64,000 bases of DNA from contig OZ025656.1 in NCBI GenBank assembly GCA_964019335.1, positions 682,001 through 746,000 of the forward strand, given 5' to 3'. A program made the position numbers and the translations under genes. Positions 20,085 to 32,100 of the stretch are shown one piece after another (within the stretch, counting starts at the first letter, position 1; every line of letters starts with the position of its first letter). This DNA comes from Diplonema japonicum (taxonomy: Eukaryota; Protista; Euglenozoa: Diplonemea). The notes below the pieces were generated by a model. It worked only from the letters and a program-made list of their open reading frames with translations, was not told the DNA's origin and made no database searches.

Positions 20085-22286
20085 ATGGAAACAAAAATGG
20101 AGAAAAAGTCAAAAAAGGAGAAGCGAAGCAAGAAGACTACTAAAGGCGTGAAGCTGTCATTTCAGGATGATTTTGAAGGGGAACAAACACAGGCCCTTCC
20201 TAAACGGAAGAAGAGGACGATGGTAAACAGAGATGCCATTCGCGACCCCTTGGTGGAGGAAAAGCCGGCTGCGGTGGAGAGCGAGTACAGTGCTGAAGCG
20301 CTGGAGAAGCTTAGGTTGGAGAACAACAAGAACAAGATGCACACGATGCTTCTTGACAAGCAGCTGGAGACGGAAGAGTCGGTCTTTAAAAACAGTGACG
20401 CTGACGAAGACACGGCAATGGACGACGAAGGCATCCCCTCAAAGGACTCTATTGAGCTGCTCAAACAAGAACGCAGGATCAGAGCCGTCAAGGGCGACGA
20501 GCAGAGCTTCATCGCCTTCGACCAGACCAGGGAGGGCAAGCCTTCTTCGATCAAAGGCGTACTCGACTCCATCAAGAATCGGGGGACTTTAGCACAGAAC
20601 AGCATTGGAGAGGACGATGACGTGAGCATGTACAGCAAGAGGCCCACCATGCTGGACCAGAATATGTCGGACGACGAGGAGATCGAAGCGAAGATGAAGT
20701 TCGAAAAAGAGCAGCTGAAGAGGGCAAAGAGCGGCTTCATCTCCTCCGCTCCAGATGAAACTACAGGGGTCACACTGCGCGGAACTGCTATTGATACAGT
20801 GGCACCACCGCCTCTGAGGCTGCCCGACTTCACAGAACAAATGAAGAGACTGCAGGAGCAGGTCGAACGGATGAAGACGCAAGCCTCCGTACGTGCACAG
20901 CAAGACGGACAGCTGCAGCAGCATATCGACGTGAGCAAAGGGCTGATAAAAGAATACCAGGACAAAGTCACAAAGACGCAAGACTTCTTTCACTATGTGC
21001 AAGGCCAGCGTGACTTCTTCGACACATTGGGCGATTGTTTCGAGGAGAAGATGAGTGATCTGAAGGCGCTGGTGAAGAAGAGTCACGAGCTGAGGGGGAA
21101 TGCACACAAGGCACACCTCAAGAAGAGGATGGAGTGGAAAGCGGAGGAGGATGCAGAGGTACAGAAAGTGATGGCAGGTAGACCCATGCAGGAGGCTGAA
21201 GATGGACTTGAAAGAGATGAGGAGTGGCAGCCAGTACTTAATTCTGTGTGGGAAGCGCAGCTCAGTACAGAACGCGAGGCATTGCTAGAAGATGTCGATG
21301 ATGAGTATAATAACATCGTGAGTGTGCGTGACAGGCTCCGGAAGTGGAAGGAAGAAGACATACAGAGCTACATGGTGGTGGCACAGCCTAGTTTGGCTCT
21401 GTGCTACGAGCCTTTCGTTCTGTTGGAGCTTGTGACATGGGACATCTTCACGTCCACAGTGACAGTGCTGTCGAGTATGCAGTGGTGGTCTGCCCTTGAG
21501 GTGTACCAGGGCGAGGAGGACATGGAGAAGTCCATTAGAGCTTTCATCGTGACAGAGGTCATACTGCCCTTCGTTGCGGACTACATAGAGGCGTGCTACG
21601 ACCCGATGTCGGCCGAGCAGACACAGAAGCTGGTGGCGTTTTTTGACGAAGCGGCGGCTGTGGTGAAGGAGCCTAGTGCGCTGGAAAAGCCCTTTGAAGC
21701 GGTGTGCAAAGCGGTGACGAACGGGATGGATATGTGTGTTCCAGTGAAGCTTGGCGGCGGATGGCAGGCAGTGAGATACAGTGCTGACGACATGACCGAT
21801 GAACTTGTGAAGGGGAGGATCAGGACGAGGCGAGGAGTCTTCAATCTGGCCCGAAAGAGGTACGCGATGGGAGTGCGCATCGCTGAGAACGCACTGAAGT
21901 ACAGCGACCAAGTCCCAGACATGCTGCTAGGGGATGCAGTAGTGAAGGGGCTCTGTGGGATGCTGGCCCCCCATCTGTCCTCATGCCCCATGGCATCCTT
22001 CGAGAACATCACCTACATCTTGAACATCATCTACGCAGAGCTCGCGAAGCTACCGAACACCTACTACTCCCTCAACATGTACATTGGGCACCCCAGGCAG
22101 CAAGACATCAAGGCACGCACACAGCCCATTTCAAGTCTGCTGGAGGATATCACCTACGTGTTTAAATCAATGCGGCAAACACTAGGCCGGGAGCACCACA
22201 CAGCAATGATCCATTCTGCGAAGACGTTCAAGCTTGTGTGCGACACGCTAGGGGACGACACAGTCATCAGAAAGCTCATGGGGTAG
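20085..22286 (+). CDS. GCFC2/PAXBP1 (Ntr2-like) spliceosome disassembly factor
   Basis: LLEDVDDEYNNIVSVRDRLRKWKEE…SY…EPFVLLELVTWD…MQWW and YDPMSAEQT match the GCFC domain. N-terminal LSFQDD motif. Confidence 0.8.
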   Translation: METKMEKKSKKEKRSKKTTKGVKLSFQDDFEGEQTQALPKRKKRTMVNRDAIRDPLVEEKPAAVESEYSAEALEKLRLENNKNKMHTMLLDKQLETEESVFKNSDADEDTAMDDEGIPSKDSIELLKQERRIRAVKGDEQSFIAFDQTREGKPSSIKGVLDSIKNRGTLAQNSIGEDDDVSMYSKRPTMLDQNMSDDEEIEAKMKFEKEQLKRAKSGFISSAPDETTGVTLRGTAIDTVAPPPLRLPDFTEQMKRLQEQVERMKTQASVRAQQDGQLQQHIDVSKGLIKEYQDKVTKTQDFFHYVQGQRDFFDTLGDCFEEKMSDLKALVKKSHELRGNAHKAHLKKRMEWKAEEDAEVQKVMAGRPMQEAEDGLERDEEWQPVLNSVWEAQLSTEREALLEDVDDEYNNIVSVRDRLRKWKEEDIQSYMVVAQPSLALCYEPFVLLELVTWDIFTSTVTVLSSMQWWSALEVYQGEEDMEKSIRAFIVTEVILPFVADYIEACYDPMSAEQTQKLVAFFDEAAAVVKEPSALEKPFEAVCKAVTNGMDMCVPVKLGGGWQAVRYSADDMTDELVKGRIRTRRGVFNLARKRYAMGVRIAENALKYSDQVPDMLLGDAVVKGLCGMLAPHLSSCPMASFENITYILNIIYAELAKLPNTYYSLNMYIGHPRQQDIKARTQPISSLLEDITYVFKSMRQTLGREHHTAMIHSAKTFKLVCDTLGDDTVIRKLMG

Positions 22287-22396
22287 TAGGGTCACGTCCT
22301 CATTGTCTTTCTGTTTATGTATTTACATTTGCTTTAACATAGCTCAGGGTTGTTCATTACACTTTTTCATTTTTTTACACCAACCCTTCGGAGAAT

Positions 22397-22671
22397 ATGG
22401 GACACCATGGTATTGCAGGTTCGTCAAAGCTGCAGGCTGACTTCGATACTGAGATGCTTGCATTGGGCCAGTTTGGTGGGCTTTCCTCGTATGTAGAGTT
22501 TTTTGCGATTAAAGGTAACAACAACACAGGTTCATTGGATATTGCGGTAAGCAGGCTGACCATATTCCTGTGCCAGCCTTTTCCAGCCCCAACGCGCCTG
22601 TCACGGGTACTGGAACGCAAGTCCACACTCACATGCACGTTCACTCCAAAGCGCACCACCACCACCATTAG
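22397..22671 (+). CDS. Small (77 aa) protein ending in VHTHMHVHSKAHHHHH
   Basis: A canonical GTATG…ACACAG intron at 22489-22529 shifts the frame into a His-rich exon that ends at TAG 22669-22671. Confidence 0.55.
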
Positions 22672-23026
22672 AAATTATAAGAAATAATACCACTTAATAA
22701 GCGAACGAACGAAACTGAAGGTTTTTGTTTCTTTTTTTCTGGTGCTGGAGGTCCACGAAGTGCGTTAAACAAAAAGAAAGTGACTGGTCTCACCCTTTCC
22801 AAATTTTTTTGGGGGGGTTTTTTTTCTTCTTGAAGTACACTAATATCCAGATTATTTTATTTAAAAAAAAATAAAGATGAGGAGGGGGGGTCCCCCCTCC
22901 CCTCCCCTTCCCCTCCTCGCTCCCATTTCTTTAACCAGTATTCCTTTTTAAGCTTCTTTGTATTCCGTTATGCTCCGAGAAATAAACTATATCTTGCCAA
23001 AGGTTGATCAAAACACAACAAGAACA

Positions 23027-23911
23027 ATGGGTAAGTGTATCTTGGCTCAGCGTAAGGGTGCCGGCAGCATCTTCACTGCCCACACCCACAAGCGTAAGGG
23101 TGCCGCCAAGCTTAGGCCTCTGGACTTCGGTGAGAGGAGGGGTTTCGTCAAGGTATGTGATACCTTTCTTCACATTTAAACACTAAACAGGGAACCGTTA
23201 GGCAGATTGTGCACGACTCCGGCCGTGGTGCCCCCATTGCCCTCGTTCAGTTCCGCCACCCGTACAAGTACAAGAGGATGCAGGCCCGCATGATCGCTGT
23301 CGAGGGCATGCAGACCGGTCAGTTCCTGTACTGCGGTAAGCGTGCTGAGCTTGCCATCGGGAACTGCCTTCCCCTCAAGATGGTCCCTGAGGGTTCCATC
23401 GTCTGCAACGTCGAGCTCAAGACCGGTGACCGTGGCTCCCTGGTATGCATTGTACACCACACGCTTCACCAACCCGCAGGCCCGTGCCTCTGGCGAATAC
23501 TGCATTGTCATCTCGCACCTTCCTGAGCAGGAGAGGACCAGGATCAAGCTCCCCTCTGGTGAGAAGAAGTCCATCTCCTGGAACTGCCGTGCCATGGTAT
23601 CCGTGTTTCCTTTCATTTAATTTACTTCAAATAAAAAGATCGGGATTATCGCCGGTGGTGGCCGTACCGAGAAGCCCCTCCTCAAGGCCGGTGCCGCCCA
23701 CTACGCCGCCAAGGCCAAGCGCAAGTGCTGGCCCACGATCCGAGGTGTTGCCCGTAACCCCGTGGAGCACCCCCACGGTGGTGGTAACCATCAGCACGTG
23801 GGTCACCCCACCACCGTCCAGCGTGCCTGCCCCCCTGGACAGAAGTCTGGTCTGATTGCGGCCAGGAGGACCGGTCGCCACCGTGGTGGTCAGAAGAACA
23901 ACAAGGAATAG
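23027..23911 (+). CDS. RPL8: 60S ribosomal protein L8 (uL2), 4 exons
   Basis: [24 protein letters not shown] and [23 protein letters not shown]. Introns 23153-23190, 23443-23479 and 23597-23638. Confidence 0.97.
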
Positions 23912-23997
23912 ACTGCTTGATACCCATTGTCTGCATCTGCTATTAAAGATTCTATAGTCCCGACACCAACTACCCTGCAGGTTTTAAAGTGACAAAG

Positions 23998-24839
23998 ATG
24001 GCGAAGGCAGCATGCTTCATGTCTACCATACCCAATGACTTCATTGCGCACACTGAGGCACAAGCAGCGGTCATGCAGGCCATGCTTGCTGAGATTGAAT
24101 GTTGGCGCACATGGGCTGCTTCTGGTGCCGTCTCTGTTGGGGCGGAGAAGAAACGCAGTGCACATGAAACCACATCTGAAGAGAAGCTTTCAAAGGCAGA
24201 AAAAGAGGTATGCTGCAAAGCACACTGTTGTTATCATACCGCTACAGATCGAGAAGCTCAGAAATCAAGTGAAAGAAGCGCAGGATTCAAGGAAGGAGGT
24301 GCAGAAGAAACTCGACACGAAGAGGAGGGAAATGGCCAAGGCAGAGAGGGAAGGCGGCAATGATAAGCGTTCTAGAGCAAAAGAACTTGAACTAGATGAC
24401 AAGCTCAGGAGGGTGGGAGACAAAGAGAAGCGGGCGGATGCCAGAGAGAGAGAAACTGAGAGGCTGGCGGAGAAGTATAGGGCCAAGAGGAGGGCGCTAA
24501 AGCAAGTGCAAGAAGCAAGAGATGAGATCATGAAGATCTGTGTGGAGAACCCTGATGTGAAGCAGCGGTTGGGCAAGGTTGTCACCAGGTGGAAGTCGGA
24601 GAGCGTGGCCAGGGCAGGTACCTCCATGGTATGTATTTTATAATGATAGATACCCCAACAGCGCCGCCCCATGAGTCTCCTCAGGCCAAGCCCCAACCTC
24701 CCACCCCCGTCATGCACCATGAAGGACCGAATCGACCAAGACTCCGTGCTGCTGCCACCGGAAGTTCGAATGCTGCGGTACGACGATGACAAAACTGGTA
24801 TGTCCCCCTATCCCATCTACTCACTCCACAGATCTGTGA
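23998..24839 (+). CDS. Coiled-coil hypothetical protein (4 exons)
   Basis: Introns 24208-24247, 24629-24661 and 24798-24831 join ORFs 23989, 24035 and 24671. Confidence 0.7.
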
Positions 24840-24963
24840 CAATTTTTACCAGATTAGAACTTTTTCTATTTTTTAACCGTTTAGTAGAACTAGAACTTTC
24901 TTAGAAATGTAATATTTATCAGTCTTTAACCGTGTCTGACGTGTTGTTACCCACTAGGAAGCA

Positions 24964-25381
24964 ATGGTCACATCATCACTTAAGTACCGTGTGAAGAGTG
25001 AGAAGAAGAGGGCGAAGCTAAGAAGAGTGAACAAGTCGGAGACCGACAGGAAAGGTATGGCCCAACGGGTTTTTGCGAATCATGTACACCGCAGAGAAGG
25101 AAGCAGCACGTGAAGTAGAGGAGAAGAAGAAGGCGAAGGGGAAGTCTGGTGTGGAAACAGTGCAGATCAAGAAACGGAAGAATAGCAACCCATGGAAGGT
25201 CGTGGGGAAGAAGGCCAAGGCAAATATGACAAAGAAGGTGCAGAAAACAGAAGAGAAACCTAGCCATAGTCAGAACACAGCGCAGCAGGCTGTTGAAAAC
25301 ACAGCACCGGCAGACACAAACATGGAGGGAGGAGAGAATCAGCGGAAGATGCTCCCTGGGTGGGGCTTCTTTGACAATTAG
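24964..25381 (+). CDS. Small Lys-rich protein (possibly nucleolar)
   Basis: ATG 24964 (MVTSSLKYRVKSEKKRAKL). Intron 25055-25094 joins it to the frame of ORF 25073. Confidence 0.65.
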
Positions 25382-25426
25382 TCACATTGCTTTCTTTGTG
25401 ACATTCTTTTATCAACACCCAGTAAC

Positions 25427-27044
25427 ATGGAATCCGATGGCTCGCCTAGAGACCTATCGTCCAGGCTGCAGGCAGAGAGGAACCAAAACGACAGTCTGCG
25501 TTCACAACTATCTAACGCACTGAGCGATCTCAGAGCAGTGTCGGACACTAGAAGCGGTTCTGTGAGGAGCGATCAACCTATCCCAGAGCAGGCACGCCTC
25601 CTCCAGGAGGCTCAGCAGGTCGTGATAGAGCTCAAAGATGATTTGATGGCGTTGCAGCAGGAGAATGGCGACCTGCGCCGTCAGCTGGAGTCTGATGAAG
25701 CAAGGCAGCCGCTCGACAGCATGAAGGGACATTACGAAGAGGTGGTGGAAAAACAAAAGAAGGAGCTGAAAGAAGCAAGGTTCAAGCACCTTCGAGTGCA
25801 GCAGGAGAAGCAGAAGTTGAAAAGTACGATATCGGATCTCGAGCTGGAGCTGAGCGGACGCCCGAGCACACTAGGTATGCACAACCTTGATCTCGCACCT
25901 GCACAGTGATGGATGAAGAGTCTGCCGATAAGATCAGGCTACTGGAGGCTGCCAACGACGAGCTGAGGCGAGAAAACGCGTCACTGCGAGAGCAGAAGCT
26001 GTCTTTTATGACAAGCGAGCTGAATCGCCTGCACCCTGAAGGGGCGGAAGAAAGTGAGGTGGAAAGGCTCAATGAGGTGTTAAACAAGACGGTGCATAAT
26101 CTCACTGTTGCCACTCAGTATGCTATTAGTAACTGCAAGTACCATCTTTGCAGGAGGGTTGAAGAGCTTGAGACAATAAGCCAGTCGCAGGAAGAGCTCT
26201 TGGAACGGCGGGGGGCTGAGTACGAAGGACTGCTGGTGAGCAGGAAAGCAGAGCTAGAAACGATGAGCATCCTGACGCAGTCCCTGAACGAAAACAAAGA
26301 GCTTTATGAAGCAGCACAGAATGACATAGCGCACCTTAGGGTATGACAGCCATTTCGACTTCATTTCCTCGCAGGAAGAGAACAGAGAGCTGGCATCTAA
26401 CCTCATGATTGCAGAAACAAAGACCAAAGACCCGTCGGTATGATGCGTGGAGTGACACATTCTTTCAAGGAAAAAACCGTTGACGAGCTTAAAGAGGAGC
26501 TGTCGGTTGTGCGAAAAACTGCAAGCGACGCCATTCAGACGCTTAGCACTTCATTGAAGAAGGCTTTGTATGTATTACAACATCACTGCATGCCATTCAT
26601 CACAGGATGCAAAGCCAGGAACTGTGCCAGAATTTTGAACGTGACAGACTTGAGATGAAGGAGGTGAACGAGGCAGCGAACAGACGGATCTTGGAACTGG
26701 AAGAGGAAAATAAACAGCTGCAAGAGTCTACCTCTGGCATCGTCGATAAGCTGAAGAGAAAAGATGAGGAGCTCAGCACCTTTAGAGATCAGATTGAACA
26801 GCAGCGCATGAGGACAAATCAAGCAAAGCAGAGATTAAAGGCAGAGATCCTCGATACGAAACAGTTGTTGAAAGCCCAACACGAAGAGGTTTACCGAGAC
26901 GGTCTGACAGGTGACCCAGAGGAGGACGATGACTACCTGCTACTACTCAACACGCCAAGCAGGGCGGTGTTCGGGAGTTCCCCCAACCTTGCAAATGGAG
27001 ACACGATAGATGAGGAGACGAAGTTCGAGGGCGAAGGCTCATAG
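25427..27044 (+). CDS. Coiled-coil protein (6 exons)
   Basis: Introns 25875-25906, 26118-26153 (in-frame), 26341-26374, 26438-26469 and 26568-26605. Confidence 0.75.
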
Positions 27045-27118
27045 AATGTAGTTAGAATGTAACATGTATTGCTTATTATTACATATACCTTGCAAGAGAT
27101 GATTATTTACCACAGGAC

Positions 27119-29118
27119 ATGGCGGAGGCGTTCTCCCCTGGCTCGTGCTCCCCTCGGAGTGATGAGTACGACACCTTGAGCAGTCCGTGTGAAGCGATGA
27201 TATCCTTTGCCCCAACTTCGCCGCAGATTGTGAGCTTTGCACAGGCGTTAAGGAGAGAACTTATTGTGAGCGGTGTGCCATGCACAATGCCGGTAAGCAG
27301 CGACAGGGGCGGCGTGCGGTGGAGGAGGGAATTAGTGAAGCTGCTGAAAAGGACAGCTGTGTTTGTCTGTTTAATATCAGCAGAGTGGTTGCAGAGCGGC
27401 GAGGAACTTTTGGCACTTTACTACGCACTGCGCAGATCCTTTGTCTGTTCGGCGCCAGTGGTCATCCCCATCGTCCTTCCCAACGCGGACATGGACCATG
27501 TCATCGTGAAGAGTGTCATGGAGAAGTGCTTCCACATAGTGCACGGCGAGACTAACACAATACAACAGCTAGTCAGCAAACTGCGCAACTTTCTCAAAGC
27601 GCTGCAGTATGACTTGTCAGAGATGACGCCACACGACGGTCGTTCACTTGCAGACATCTACTCGCATCACTACACACTGCAAACCACCAAGAAGCCGAAG
27701 CGTGCCATCTTGAAGCTGCTTTCTGGTTTGTTCGATACATCAACCTCCCTTGACCTTTCTACCAATCTCTCTGTTACACCTCCTGCTGCCTACTACTTGG
27801 GCGACATTGGGTTGAAACCGCTCTTGGAAGTACTGAAATTGATGCCCAATCTTGAAACACTTGTTCTGCGGGGCAACGGGATCACCAATGCAGCTATTCA
27901 CGGGTTGGTGTCGGCGCTTATCTCGCACCCTTCTATCCGTAGTATTGACCTTGGCGACAACGATATCTCGCAGGCAGGTGCAACGGAGCTGTACTACTTG
28001 ATCCGCAGCAACGAGCAGATCAGCGAACTGTCCTTGGAGAACACAAGCGTGCGGTCCCCTGTGTGGCTAAAGCGAATTCGATCACAGCTTGACAGAAATA
28101 AAAACAGTCATTTCAATCACTGGCCACTTGAACGGGAGATCAAAGGTCATCTTGACCTGCAGCCTGCTCGGATTCTTAACCCATCAATTGCGGTCGCTTG
28201 GGATGTGATCATCACGTGCAAACCGTCTACAGCACTGACCGCTCCTTCGTTGTGGGAGAGCAGCACGACTTGTATTGTCGTTCAGTGTGTGATAAGCAGC
28301 AAAGATGCACCCCCTCAGGAGTACTCAGAAGAGTTACAAGGAGAAGAGAAACAGAACGCACTGCAGTACTTCAAGGATATCGATTGCAATACGTGTTGCA
28401 TAAAGAAGATGAATGGTGCGACGTTGAAGTTAGTCCTCGAGAACAACGGGGCGGGGCTTGAAGCTATCCAGCAAGCGTGTCGCATAAAGGCCAGGGAGAA
28501 CGCGGGGTGGGATGAGAAGGTGCTACAAGGGTTGCAGAAGGTGGTAGTACGTGCTGCGTGTGAGAAACCTAAGAGGTGCCAGAGTTCGTCTTTTTTTGTC
28601 GACTGCGACATATGGTACACCGGTGGAGAGAAGGTGGCGAAGAGTATACCTCAGCTGTTCAAGGAAGATATAGTCAGGTATCGCATGCTCCAAAAACCGC
28701 CACCACGACAGGTACACCGGCAACATCAAGCATGAAGTGCTGACGTTGATGGACCGTATCTACGACGAGGACATGGTGCTGGAGGAGGAGCGGCGGGCTT
28801 TGGAGGATCTGGAGGATGAAGAGGATCGTGCATTGCAAAAAGCCGAGGTATACTGTCCAACACACCACACAAGAACCACAGGACGAGGAGCTGGAGCGAG
28901 TGGTGACCTATTGGAAGACCAACACGCAGTTGTCCAAACAGAACCTCGACCCTTCCGTGCTTAGCAAGCTGAAATCTCGTAAAGAGGACAAACAGGCCCA
29001 GGGCATCTTGGAAAAGACGGCCACTGAGGACAGCCTTGCAGTGAAGCTGCGGACCATCGACGATCGTTATGCTAAATCATGCTTACAGACTGTAATGCAT
29101 CCCCCGTATTTATACTAG
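27119..29118 (+). CDS. TIR-like domain + RNI-type leucine-rich repeats + C-terminal domain
   Basis: AMISFA…FAQALRREL…G..WRRELVKLL…VFVCLISAEWLQS…VIPIVL (TIR pattern). LxxLxLxxNxI repeats at 27745-28050. Introns 28678-28711 and 28848-28881. A possible extra terminal intron from 29092 would move the stop to 29139. Confidence 0.7.
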
Positions 29119-29170
29119 CAGTGCTTACCTTATTTCTAAAGCGTTTTCTGTCTCTTGAGTCACACAAGCG

Positions 29171-32100
29171 ATGATACAGCTGTCCACTCGTGACACGCAC
29201 GACGGGTTATTGTCCCTTTATGGTTGCAATGGACACACGGTAGCTGTAGTGGAACGGTTGGGATATGCTGAGTTGCTTGTCGAGAGCATGCTGAAGATCG
29301 TGTGTGAGGGCAGTGGGTGTACATGGGGTACTGAGGTCTTTGACTGGAAAGAAGGATGGCGAAACGTAGGGAGCAACGAGAGCAGCAGTGGATACCTGCC
29401 TATTTCATCTGTGTTGGTGCAGATTACTGATGCGCTGCAGTGTAGCTTCTGTGAGCTAGTTTCCGTACTCCAAGGGAGGTCCGAGGGTTGTGCTGAGCTC
29501 GAGAAGCAGATTATGCGACACATTCCTGTTGCCAAGCAACGGGTACAAGCACGCAGCGATTTAGCGCACATCCGAAGCTGCAAGCAGCGAGCATTCGATA
29601 AGCTTGACTCCCTTTCGTCTGTCGATGACGTGCGGTACTTGCTGGAACTTGGTGATAAAACCAAAGCTGCGCAGCTTCAGGCGACAGGGCAGTCTCTACA
29701 CAACGCTCCCATCACCTCTGTAGGCGCCTGTGTCCCTGTCTCCTTGAGAAAGGCAAGGAGGCAACTGAAGAAGGCCATGAACGAAGAGCGCCGTGCACGC
29801 CAAGCAGCAAATAAACATCCGCACCATTCTGATGTGCTCACATTAATCTTTCGCTACTTGCCAGCTCCTAAGCTAGAGCAGATAACAACGACATGCAAGA
29901 GATGGGCTGCACTCATAGCTCAGTCACCGCTTCTGGCTCACCGCGTGCTCTCTTCGCCCAGCAGGAGTTGGTGGGAGAGGATGCTGCAGTGCTCGCAGCG
30001 CCTTGGAACGAAGATGAGATTCTTTCCAGTCGCTCATGAGCCAATCCGTGACGGCAAGGTGCACGGCTGTGTGTGGACGTTTCAGGATATCAGGAAAGGT
30101 GCACTGAAGGTCACAAAACTTGCAGCGAATGACGATGACGGCACAGTGATCGGGAGAATAGACTACGGGGGGAAGTGCCTAGAGATGCATTGCGAGGGAC
30201 GGAAGTTGCTGAGAGTTGGGCGTGTCCGGCACTGCGGGAAGAACATTGAAGAAAACAGTCCTGTGTGGAGTGTACCAGGGCTGGACGGTCTGTCGGTGCG
30301 GTGGGGTGACAGGTGGGTGAGCATTGAGGGATCCCCTTGGAATGAAGACAGCAGCCAACCATGTGTTGGGCTATATCTTGCATGCTTGTGGGCACAGGAG
30401 ATCGGAAGTGCACTGTGCGAGGGAAGCGGCACTGAAGCATTTACGATACTGAGAGAAGTTCTTGGGATCAATGTACCACCAAACTTCCCATCGAGTGTCC
30501 TAGATGTGGTTACCGATCAGAAGGTTCTCTTAGACATCATGCACCGCTTGCTCGTTCCTTTGGTGGAGGAAAGAGAGGCATTCATAGCAGAGCACCTTGT
30601 GGCTTTAATCCTGGAGTGGCCATTGACACGCATCGTTCAACTATACTGCGATCTCCCTTTTCGGGAGGAGAGCATCATGAGTGTTGTCAGTGTCGTGATG
30701 GCAGAAGGTGCCATTGATACACGCTTGGAGGCTGGCCACCCACTGTTCTCGTCATGTATGACAATACATGATCCTTGCTTATCTTCCGTTAAGCAGAAGG
30801 TGGTTGCAATTACCAGCCGAGCTAGAGAAACACTAGCTGAAAAGATTAACTCTACACGTATTTATTATTTCACCATGATGAACCACAATCATGCACCCAG
30901 GGCATATGGACAATGCCAGCAGCACAGATGAATACACCGAAGACGAAGTCGTTGTTAAGCCCAGGAAGCGTTTTCCCTCTAGGATGCAGCTTATAAGCGA
31001 CGACGATGAGCTACCCCCTTCACCAAAGCCGCGGCCCCCAAAGCGGAAGAAGAAGCCCAAACCGCGCGGCTTTGACCTCACTAACCTTCCTGACGTGATC
31101 ACATCGCCAAGGAAGCAGCGATATGCCTACCCTGAGCCACGAGTGCCCTTCCCCCCTGCTGTCGATGCACCTCATAAGAGGCGGCAGAGTGTTGAACGCA
31201 AGGCGAGGATCGCAAAGCAGCTGTTGAAAGAAGACAAGAGATTTGTGCCTTTGAAGAACCCGCGTGGCATTCCACGATTGGCACTCGCAACTCAGCACCT
31301 GCTTGAGTGGGAGGTAACGAAGAGGTTGAACGTACACTGGGAAGAGGTGCAAGCCTTCCAGCTGCTTGAGAAGATATGGTGCAGGTACGGTATGAAGCAC
31401 CACAGAGTCGTGAAGAACGCAATCGAGTATGTCATGAACGAAGAGCGGCTCCTAGAACAGCGCAAGTACAAAGAGGTGATGAAGTTTCTGGAAACAGAGG
31501 CAATGGACAGAGTGTTGATCGAGAGGAGCGAAGGGAACAGGTTCTGCGGCTTAGGGAACAAGTGGGACAAGTTGATCGTGCAGTATATCAGCCATGCTGA
31601 GGCTGAGATCCGCAATCAGGAGCGGCACACAGCAAAGACTTTCGTGAAGATAAAGGGCCACGAGGCGCAAGGACGGATTGAACTTGCTAAGACCGAACGA
31701 CTGGAACGCATAGCCCTAGAGAGGGAGGACACACGCTCTTTAGGCAAGATCAAACAGGCTGTGCAGCGCGATATGTACGAAAGGAAGAAGGAAGAGCAGC
31801 TGAACAAATCGACAGGCCCGCTCATGCGATCGCGGCCGTCCCCTGTGGCGGTGTCGATCTACGAGTCAACGAAGACAAAGACCTACCGAAGTGTATTTGA
31901 GTACAAAGCGGAACTCGAAATTGAACACCAAGAAGGCATCTTCATCCACATATGTAAAAAAGAAGCAAGTGAAAGAGATGCGATACAGATGCAAGCAAGC
32001 AAGGCCTTCAAGGTCATTCTATCAGCCGTGAAGCGGGCCACGCGGTTCGATGGTGTTTTGCAAACGGCCAAGAACGCTAAACAGCACGCCAGATGGCTTC

